From Candidatus Micrarchaeaceae archaeon (GTDB lineage: Archaea; Micrarchaeota; Micrarchaeia; Micrarchaeales; CABMGC01), in the NCBI GenBank assembly GCA_038730205.1, contig JAVYRW010000001.1, positions 1 through 47,345 of the forward strand: DNA of 47,345 bases, given 5' to 3'. A model generated the notes under the pieces. The model searched no databases. It had not been told where the DNA came from and saw nothing but the letters and a program-made list of their open reading frames with translations. Position 1 is the stretch's first letter; every line of letters begins with the position of its first letter. A program made the translations under genes and the position numbers. Shown here in pieces: positions 8,563-17,575 of this stretch.

Positions 8563-10635
8563 ATGTTTAATGATAAAAATATTAATAAAGATTTTTTTAC
8601 AAATAATTATTTAGATGATAATTTTGATTTTTCTTCAAATAAAATTAATAAAAAAAGTTTTATAAATAAACTTATTGATATTGCTTCTTTAATTTTGGTT
8701 TTTTCTACAATTTTATTTTTATTTATTTTTTTAATAATGTTTTCTTTGGGTGAATTTTTAAAAATAAGTTTAGGTTATGGAACATATAATTTGCTTTTTT
8801 GGAGCTTATTGTCAATAGTATTGTATGGATTTTTAGAGTTTATAATTTCAATAAAAATATATTTTTATACTAAGAATTTAGAAAAAGCTAAAGTTGAAGA
8901 TAAAGAGTATTTTTATAGAGTTTTTTTTCTTGCATCGTTAATTTTAATAGTTATTTTTTTGGCACTTCCTAATTTTTTGTTTTTTGGAAATTTAGGAGTA
9001 TTTAACACACTTCCAGAAATAAGTTATACTTCTTCTTTGATTTTAAATTTAGGAAGTATTAATTATCAATACATATTACAATACTTAACAATTTCAGATA
9101 CAGTATTAGAAGCTTTAGGAATTTTGATTTTGTTTTTTTCTGCGTTTTATGCAGTATTTTTAAATAGAAAAATTTATGTAATATTAGTAACTTTAGCATT
9201 TATAATAATTTTATTAGTTCTTTTTTATTCTTTAAATTTTTATGTAAAAATTCAAAATGTTTCTACATTAAAACTATTGAATAACAACATAACTAAATAT
9301 AATCAAAACTTAAATATTATTTTAAATGATTATCCAAACTTTATTTCAAACGAAAGTATAAATTCTACATCTCTAAATATTGTAAAAAATTTAGAATCAG
9401 ATCAGAATAATATTAATAATATCTTTACAAATAATGCCTCGTTATTATGGAATGAAACAGAGTTAAATAATAATTTTTTAAATTATGGATTTTTAGAGTA
9501 TAATTTAATAAAACAATTTAGTAATTATGGTTATCAAATAACTTCAAACAATACTCAAAATTCGACCGTTATCACTAATGAATATGATTCTGTTTTGTTT
9601 TTAAGTTATATTAATAAAGAAATTTTATTCCAAAAAACACTTTACAATGTAGCTAATGTTTCTTTTTTTAAATACCAAAATATTTCTAATATAAAAACAA
9701 ATCCATATTATTACGGAGTAAATACTTATTTATTTTCGAATGAAAATTACACAAATATTTTTTATAATAATAAATCATATTTAGAAAATAATGATTATAT
9801 ATTAAAATTATTTAACAAACTTTTAAATGAAAATCCGGTTTTAATTAGGAATATTTATTCAAATTATAAAACAAGAAATCAAACCTTTGAAAAATTATTT
9901 TACATTGCTTCTCTGGTCCAGTATTATAATTATGCTATAAGTTCTTTTATGTATAATCAAAGTACACCTCCAAACATAACATATTTACAGTATAATGATG
10001 GTTTTACAATAATAAATTTAGGAAATATAAATCCGAATGATAATAAGCTTTCAGTGTATATTGACAATGTATTGGTTAATTATTATAAATATTACAATTT
10101 TATTGTTATCCCTAATTTTTACATTCAGGCGGGATTGCATAATATAACTATAAAAATTTCAGATCAGAATATTACTGAAAAAAATCAATTTTATATATCT
10201 CCATATTTAAAGATAAATTCTGGAATTTATGAAAGTAATGAAAATAATATGTCAATATTAAATGTCTTAATATCAAATCCTACAAATAGAACAATTGTTA
10301 TAGATAATTTGTATCTTTTAGTGCCAAAAATAAATACATCTGGTTTTTATGAACAAAACATAGAAAATCAAAATAGTAGCATTTTTTGGCTTGCGCCGAA
10401 TATGAATGTTAGCTTAATTTATAAATTATATGGAAATGTATATAACAATGCGAATTATTTATACGAATTAAACATGAACACAAGTTATGGTGAAGGCCAT
10501 TATATTTTTAGTGGTAAAGAAGTATATTCTACATTTAATTATAACAAAAATAAAACAACTGCAATAATTTTGAATAGTACGACACAAAAAATAGCAAATA
10601 AAACGAAGAGTGGTAAAATAAATGTTATTGTTTAG
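8563..10635 (+). CDS. large polytopic membrane protein with Asn/Tyr-rich extracellular domain
   Basis: 690-aa ORF with several hydrophobic helices in residues ~35-230, followed by ~450 aa rich in N/Y/S with many NxS/T sequons. I recognise no catalytic motif. Confidence 0.6.
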   Translation: MFNDKNINKDFFTNNYLDDNFDFSSNKINKKSFINKLIDIASLILVFSTILFLFIFLIMFSLGEFLKISLGYGTYNLLFWSLLSIVLYGFLEFIISIKIYFYTKNLEKAKVEDKEYFYRVFFLASLILIVIFLALPNFLFFGNLGVFNTLPEISYTSSLILNLGSINYQYILQYLTISDTVLEALGILILFFSAFYAVFLNRKIYVILVTLAFIIILLVLFYSLNFYVKIQNVSTLKLLNNNITKYNQNLNIILNDYPNFISNESINSTSLNIVKNLESDQNNINNIFTNNASLLWNETELNNNFLNYGFLEYNLIKQFSNYGYQITSNNTQNSTVITNEYDSVLFLSYINKEILFQKTLYNVANVSFFKYQNISNIKTNPYYYGVNTYLFSNENYTNIFYNNKSYLENNDYILKLFNKLLNENPVLIRNIYSNYKTRNQTFEKLFYIASLVQYYNYAISSFMYNQSTPPNITYLQYNDGFTIINLGNINPNDNKLSVYIDNVLVNYYKYYNFIVIPNFYIQAGLHNITIKISDQNITEKNQFYISPYLKINSGIYESNENNMSILNVLISNPTNRTIVIDNLYLLVPKINTSGFYEQNIENQNSSIFWLAPNMNVSLIYKLYGNVYNNANYLYELNMNTSYGEGHYIFSGKEVYSTFNYNKNKTTAIILNSTTQKIANKTKSGKINVIV

Positions 10636-10799
10636 TTAATAACGGATTTATAAAAAATATTTAAATATACTGTTTTAATATTTATCGATATTATTTCAGA
10701 TGAAGATTTTTATAAGCAATTGCCATTTTCACTTAAAGAAGATAAAAAAGTAATTGTTAGTGTTAAACTAATTGTGTTGGATTTTTTCTGATAAATTTT

Positions 10800-11027
10800 T
10801 TGAATTTAATATTTGTAAGTATAGTATTAGTAGTTTTTCTTTCTGTATTTACTTTAAGTTTATTATTTTTATTATTAGGATCTATTACTCTAGGATTTTT
10901 ATTAGGCTTTATAATTTTCTTTTTAATATGCATGTTTGCAAGTTTAATTATAGTAGGTTTTATAACTGCATTGCAACCCGATCATGCCGTACAACTTCAA
11001 AAACAGATATTCGATCTTGAAATTTAG
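10800..11027 (+). CDS. small hydrophobic membrane protein (tentative)
   Basis: 75-aa ORF with a TTG start and two or three clear hydrophobic helices. No ribosome-binding motif is visible. I prefer it over the overlapping 10772..11020 frame because of its helix-like composition. Confidence 0.35.
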   Translation: MNLIFVSIVLVVFLSVFTLSLLFLLLGSITLGFLLGFIIFFLICMFASLIIVGFITALQPDHAVQLQKQIFDLEI

Positions 11028-11266
11028 GAAAAAAAGTCTAAAAGAATAATTAATTTAAATATTTAATATTTTATTTATTATTTTTATTATACAAAATAAA
11101 GAATAAACTAATGTAATATGAATTTATGTATTATTTTAAAGTTATATTTTACGAAAGATATATATAGGTTATTAGATTATAAACTATACACAGTAGTTAG
11201 TTCAACCAAGATGGCTTATTCTTGGCTTTTCAAAACATATACAAAATATATATTTAGGTGAATTAA

Positions 11267-12535
<1,269 letters not shown>

Positions 12536-12544
12536 AGTGAATAA

Positions 12545-12850
12545 ATGCCAGTTGCAAAAATTAAATTAATAAGTAGAAACAAAAACGATGCACGAGATAT
12601 TGCAAGACAAATAATAGAGATTGCAAAGGTCTCTGGTGTGAAATACAAAGGACCAATACCATTACCTACAAAGGTTATGGACATATCAACAAGAAAAACT
12701 CCTTGCGGTGATGGTTCTCATACATTTGAACACTGGCAAATGAGAATTCATAAATGGATTGTACAAATAGACGGAAGTGAACAAGCGTTAAGGCAGGTAA
12801 TGAGAATATTAGTACCAGATACAGTACAAATAGAAATGTCACTTAGTTAA
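12545..12850 (+). CDS. rps10: ribosomal protein uS10
   Basis: 101-aa ORF immediately after tuf, which is the conserved archaeal tuf-rps10 pair. The sequence IKLISRNKND...GPIPLPTK...H.R is the typical S10 pattern. Confidence 0.9.
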   Translation: MPVAKIKLISRNKNDARDIARQIIEIAKVSGVKYKGPIPLPTKVMDISTRKTPCGDGSHTFEHWQMRIHKWIVQIDGSEQALRQVMRILVPDTVQIEMSLS

Positions 12851-12865
12851 TTATTTATCTACTTC

Positions 12866-12874
12866 TTTTTTTTT
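12866..12874 (+). terminator. oligo-T tract, candidate archaeal intrinsic terminator after tuf-rps10
   Basis: A run of nine T begins 16 nt after the rps10 stop, with further T4 runs downstream. Archaeal RNA polymerase terminates at oligo-T tracts. Confidence 0.4.
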
Positions 12875-13003
12875 AATTTTATTAAAAAAGCTTAGAGTAA
12901 TATTTGCTTTTTATATGTTATAAAATACAGATAGATTTTTAATAAAGTATTCATAAATATTACAGGTGCTTAAATACCAAAAAATCAGCAACATTATTCT
13001 TGG

Positions 13004-14239
13004 ATGAGTACCATTATTCCAATAACTGCTATCAGTAGTGGATTAAGTTTATTCATACCTTTATTTATTTTGTATTTAGGAGGTAATGTTTTTGATGTCG
13101 GTATAGCTTTTGCCGTATATAATTTAGTTAGCATACCTTCTTCACTTTTTTGGGGAAAAGTAACAGATAGATATGGTAGAGTAAAACCATTTATAATGCT
13201 TTCGGTAATTTTTACATTTCCTTTGCTTTTAGCTTTTCATTTTTTTTCTAGCTTAACTAATGCATATTTTTATTATGGAATTTTTGCCATAGTAGCTACA
13301 GCTTCTTCACCAGCAATGAATATACTAATTATGGGTACTAAAAGAAACAATTCTCTACCCAAATACTTTAGCAGGTATAGCATATTCAGTTTACTAGGAT
13401 CTGTTACAGCATATTTCTTTGGATATTTTGTAGCAACACAAAATCTTACTACCTATTTATTTATATTAATTTTTCTAAATGTGATTTCTATAATTTTAGC
13501 TTATACACTTATAAAAGATGAAGTACGCCCAATTGAAATTGAAAAGGTTAAAAAAATAGGTTCTATATTTCCTATTTTAAATACGCTTACTTCATTACCT
13601 AATCTTGGAATTAGTATATCAACATTACAAAGAATTAGAAATACCATAAAAAATATACAAAAACACGACGTCTATATGTTATTGATAGCCATAGCATTTT
13701 TTAATTTAGGTTATTATATTTTTAACACTGCATATGTTCCTTATTTAAGTGCTAATGGTTTAACATATAATAATATTTTTTTAATAAACTTTTCTAATGC
13801 TATTGCGCAGATAATTGTATTTATATTTATAATAAAAATTAAAAAAGGAATAAAACCAGGAAGAGTATATTTAACCGGAATAACTTATAGAACATTAGGA
13901 TATTTTATTGCTGCAGTTTCAGTTTTTATGCCATTGTTCTTTTTATCTATAAATATAATAGCTTACTCTATAGCTGGTTTTTCTTATGCTATTTGGAACC
14001 TTTCATCTTCAGTAATTCTCTATGATCTTGTTCGTGGAAAAGATGAAGGATATTTCATTGGCATATGGACAGGTTTGTTAGGAGGTTCTGCTGTTATTGG
14101 TGCTTTGGTATCTGGTTTATTTGTTTTTACATTAGGATATCAAATCACATTTGGTATTGCAATAATTGCAACTATTATTTCTGGAACTGTATTTCATAAT
14201 AGCAGACTTGTAGTAAATAAGTTATCTAAAAAAGATTAA
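13004..14239 (+). CDS. MFS-type transporter
   Basis: 411-aa ORF with about 12 hydrophobic helices and the MFS loop motif GKVTDRYGRVKP between TM2 and TM3. Confidence 0.8.
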   Translation: MSTIIPITAISSGLSLFIPLFILYLGGNVFDVGIAFAVYNLVSIPSSLFWGKVTDRYGRVKPFIMLSVIFTFPLLLAFHFFSSLTNAYFYYGIFAIVATASSPAMNILIMGTKRNNSLPKYFSRYSIFSLLGSVTAYFFGYFVATQNLTTYLFILIFLNVISIILAYTLIKDEVRPIEIEKVKKIGSIFPILNTLTSLPNLGISISTLQRIRNTIKNIQKHDVYMLLIAIAFFNLGYYIFNTAYVPYLSANGLTYNNIFLINFSNAIAQIIVFIFIIKIKKGIKPGRVYLTGITYRTLGYFIAAVSVFMPLFFLSINIIAYSIAGFSYAIWNLSSSVILYDLVRGKDEGYFIGIWTGLLGGSAVIGALVSGLFVFTLGYQITFGIAIIATIISGTVFHNSRLVVNKLSKKD

Positions 14240-14270
14240 TATCTTTCTTGACAAATAAATAATTGATTTT

Positions 14271-15125
14271 ATGATTATAGATGGACACGCACATTTTTTT
14301 AATGATAAAACTTTTAGAGGAAATATTCCAAAAAATTTTAAGATGACTGAATCTATGAAAAAGATGGCAGATTCAATGAATCACACAATGGAAGAAAATA
14401 GAGATGCATGGTTAAGCGCAATGAATAAAGAAAATATAGAAAAAACAGTTTTCATGTCTACATCTTCATTAAATGATGAATTTACATCATTTATAAATTC
14501 TAGTGAAAGATTTTTTGGTTTTGCAACATTAAATCCCGAACTTCCAGAAGCAGTTAATATACTTAAGAAGGAGTTAGAAAATGGTATGAGTGGAGTAAAA
14601 CTTTATGCTACAAATGGTCAGTATAATATAGGTTCTAATAAAACATTCCCTTTTTATGAGTATTGTGAAAATAATCAAATACCAATAACAATACATTGTG
14701 GCGTAACAATAGGGCCAACGGCAGATTTATTTACAGGAAATCCAATACACATATCCAGAGTACTTAGTGCATTTCCAGAATTAAAAGTAATAATTGCACA
14801 TTTCGGTGCAGGATATTTTAGAGAAGTTTTAATGTTAAAATATAAGAGAGAAAATTTATATATAGAAACATCAGGCACAAATAACTGGTTACCTTTTCAA
14901 GATAATTTTCTTACTTTAAAAGATGTATTTAAAAAATCTTTAGAAATTTTTAGCCCAGAGAGAATTATTTTTGGTACGGATACGAGAATATTCCCAGATG
15001 GTTATAGAACAAGTATCTTAAACGAACAAAAAAGAATACTTGATGAACTTAATGTTTCTAATAATGATAAAGAAAAAATAATGAATAATAATATGTCTAA
15101 ATTGTTAAATAATTTTAAAAAATAG
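14271..15125 (+). CDS. metal-dependent amidohydrolase (TIM-barrel, amidohydrolase-2 type)
   Basis: 284-aa ORF with the N-terminal IIDGHAHFF metal-binding motif, followed by IHCG, IIAHFG and FGTD blocks. Confidence 0.75.
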   Translation: MIIDGHAHFFNDKTFRGNIPKNFKMTESMKKMADSMNHTMEENRDAWLSAMNKENIEKTVFMSTSSLNDEFTSFINSSERFFGFATLNPELPEAVNILKKELENGMSGVKLYATNGQYNIGSNKTFPFYEYCENNQIPITIHCGVTIGPTADLFTGNPIHISRVLSAFPELKVIIAHFGAGYFREVLMLKYKRENLYIETSGTNNWLPFQDNFLTLKDVFKKSLEIFSPERIIFGTDTRIFPDGYRTSILNEQKRILDELNVSNNDKEKIMNNNMSKLLNNFKK

Positions 15126-15132
15126 TGATAGT

Positions 15133-15426
15133 ATATCTTTTAAAAAAACAGTAGAGGATTTTATTTGCTATAATTGTAATTTTAATGTTAAAGGTAATGG
15201 ATATACTGATCATTGTCCTAATTGCTTGTATGGAAAACATGTTGACATTAATCCCGGAGATAGAAAAAATACTTGTAAAGGTAATCTAAAGCCCACTTCA
15301 ACTTTATATAAAAATGGGAGTATTATTATATTTTATAAATGTAGCAAATGTAATGCTATTAAAAAATTTAAAGAAGCTAAAGAAGATAATCGAGAGTTAT
15401 TAGAACAACTTTTAATAAGTAAGTAA
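15133..15426 (+). CDS. RNHCP-domain zinc-ribbon protein (start codon uncertain)
   Basis: The frame is open from 15118 and reads ...ISFKKTVEDFICYNCNFNVKGNGYTDHCPNCLYGKHVDINPGDRKNTCKG...CSKCN, which matches the RNHCP domain pattern. The ORF-track start (TTG 15226) removes the first CxxC and the HCP motif. Only ATA (15133) or ATT are available upstream as starts. Confidence 0.6.
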   Translation: MSFKKTVEDFICYNCNFNVKGNGYTDHCPNCLYGKHVDINPGDRKNTCKGNLKPTSTLYKNGSIIIFYKCSKCNAIKKFKEAKEDNRELLEQLLISK

Positions 15427-15466
15427 AGTATTAGAAAGGTTTAAATTAATCTGTTGATAGAATATA

Positions 15467-15946
15467 GTGATTTTTGTGGAATTAAATGAAGCTGAACTCA
15501 TACAAAGAGAGTTAACCATTAGAGACCTTAGGGTTAGTAAAGAAGTTCTTCAAACAAAGAGATCATCAGCTCGGTGGCTTGCATTAACATTAGGAATAAT
15601 AAATCCAGGAGAATCAAGATTAAGTGCAGTTGCGGTTTTAGATTCAATGATTTATTTTCAATTTATTAAAAAACAGGACCCTACAGTGAAAGAGATTACA
15701 GATTATATAAATCAGTATTGGGAACCTATAAATGAAAAAACATTAAGATACCACTTATTACGTATGAAGAAGATGGGTTTCTTAGAAAATGAACAAGGTA
15801 AATTTTACTTTAGACCACCAAATACGGGTGATCGTTTTGATCCACATACATGGAGCAATATGATGTTTGATTTTTTTTATAAAGAGATTTCTAAAAAAAT
15901 AGGAGATGTAATAAACGACCTTAAAACTAAGGAAAATATGATGTGA
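15467..15946 (+). CDS. hypothetical winged-helix (wHTH) protein
   Basis: 159-aa ORF with a GTG start. The segment EKTLRYHLLRMKKMGFLENEQGKFYFRP looks like a recognition helix plus wing. It overlaps the next gene by 4 nt. Confidence 0.5.
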   Translation: MIFVELNEAELIQRELTIRDLRVSKEVLQTKRSSARWLALTLGIINPGESRLSAVAVLDSMIYFQFIKKQDPTVKEITDYINQYWEPINEKTLRYHLLRMKKMGFLENEQGKFYFRPPNTGDRFDPHTWSNMMFDFFYKEISKKIGDVINDLKTKENMM

Positions 15947-17571
15947 GTTATATGAAGAACGATGCAGTTTGGATTTTTGTAGGAATAATAATAGTTGTTT
16001 TTTTAATAGGAGTATTTTATTATAGTTTTATGAAACCACAACAAGGAATATCAATAAATATGAATATAAATTCACATAATAGTACAGTTTATCCTTATCA
16101 ATTAATTCAAGCCACTATAAATATTACAAATACTGGAAAAACAGCATTTAGAGCAGTACCTTTCGGTGTTATATATAATGGAACTTTACAAGATATTTAT
16201 AATATATCATTACCTGCAGGATCACATACACAAATTAATTTTAGTAAAGAGGCCTTAGCTATTGGAAATTATTCATTAGAAATAATTTTAGATCCCGAAG
16301 GAGGAAGCGGAATTATTTCGAATACTTCTATAACTAAAAACTCAATTGAATTTAAGGTTATAGCTGCTCAAAAACCTAACCCAACTCAAATATTAAATAG
16401 TAATAATAGTTATGAAAATTTAGTTTTTCAAAATGGAGAATCATATGTAGTAACAAGTTATTTGGATAAACAATATGGTTTAAGTATTTTTAGAGCTTCT
16501 ACTATACCTGCAATTAATGCATTTTTAAATCCAATTTTAAATTTAACTTATTCTTATATAAAAAATATTTATTCTGCAGAAGCAATTTACAAAAATAATA
16601 CAGTTTACTCAGTTTGGATACAAGGACCTTTAACACAAAATATATTTTATCAAGCAGGAATAGGTGCAAACCTTACTACAGAAAATAAAACTACAAAACA
16701 AAATAATAATGTTGCTTACATTCAATTAGATAAAAATACAACTATATGTAGTTGGTATCAAGAAGGATGGACAAAATCTTTAGCAATAATGGGAACAGAA
16801 AACTGTTTAAATTTTATTAATGAAAGTAACTACAACAATACATTTTTATTACAAAATAAAAATCCTATCCCACTTTTAGAAAACAAAACTATTATTCAAA
16901 ACATAACATTCAAATCAATAGCAGGAGATGGCTATGGAAGAATGTTATATATGAACAAATCATTTGTTTTTGAATCTGTAATGCCTAATTTAGTAGGTTC
17001 ATCAACTTGCTATGGATTGATAAATGTAGAAAATAATGTAAGTTATTGTAGTTCTTATTTATTTAGAAAAAATAACGATACAATAGGGCCAGTATCATTA
17101 ATTGACACTAAAACATATTTAGGAAACTATAATCTTTCTGTAATTTCATTAATTAATTCTACATTAGTACTTCAACAAACAATAGAAAATATACAGATGT
17201 TAAAAAGTATTAATTACAGTGGTACTTCTGTAAATTTTTCTTCAGGAATAAAGAATAGTTGTAATTTTAATTCTAGTTTCTCTTGTTCAAATCCAAATTT
17301 TGAATTAAATAATTTAACTATGCAAATACAAAATACTTTAAATAAAACCGTATTAATAAATAAAATTGCTTGTTATAATTATGGATTTCCAGAATTTTAT
17401 TTAGTTAATAAGACTATAGGATCACAATTGACAAGTAATATTATAACTCCTTGCTATGATAATGGAAATGTAATAAAAGGAGTAGCTTTGGGTCTTAATC
17501 TTAATATTATAATGAATTACACTGTATCGAATAAAAGTTATACTGCTTTAGGTACAACCAATATTATCTGA
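15943..17571 (+). CDS. N-terminally anchored surface protein, CARDB-like first domain, Asn-rich
   Basis: 542-aa ORF (the ATG at 15952 is also a possible start) with one N-terminal TM helix. The following segment INITNTGKTAFRAVPFGVIYNG...LPAGSHTQINFS...GNYSLEIILDPEG resembles a CARDB/Ig-like module. The rest is rich in N/S/T with many sequons. Confidence 0.6.
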   Translation: MSYMKNDAVWIFVGIIIVVFLIGVFYYSFMKPQQGISINMNINSHNSTVYPYQLIQATINITNTGKTAFRAVPFGVIYNGTLQDIYNISLPAGSHTQINFSKEALAIGNYSLEIILDPEGGSGIISNTSITKNSIEFKVIAAQKPNPTQILNSNNSYENLVFQNGESYVVTSYLDKQYGLSIFRASTIPAINAFLNPILNLTYSYIKNIYSAEAIYKNNTVYSVWIQGPLTQNIFYQAGIGANLTTENKTTKQNNNVAYIQLDKNTTICSWYQEGWTKSLAIMGTENCLNFINESNYNNTFLLQNKNPIPLLENKTIIQNITFKSIAGDGYGRMLYMNKSFVFESVMPNLVGSSTCYGLINVENNVSYCSSYLFRKNNDTIGPVSLIDTKTYLGNYNLSVISLINSTLVLQQTIENIQMLKSINYSGTSVNFSSGIKNSCNFNSSFSCSNPNFELNNLTMQIQNTLNKTVLINKIACYNYGFPEFYLVNKTIGSQLTSNIITPCYDNGNVIKGVALGLNLNIIMNYTVSNKSYTALGTTNII

Positions 17572-17575
17572 TTAA

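Noticed and set aside
10772-11020. 82-aa ORF overlapping 10800..11027 in another frame.
   Set aside because: Its product is rich in Cys/Phe/Ile/Arg and lacks helix periodicity. The alternative frame gives a coherent small membrane protein. Neither is strongly supported.
11205-11224. Hairpin CCAAGA-TGGCTTAT-TCTTGG in the tuf upstream region.
   Set aside because: The stem is only 6 bp, and there is no supporting conservation or motif.
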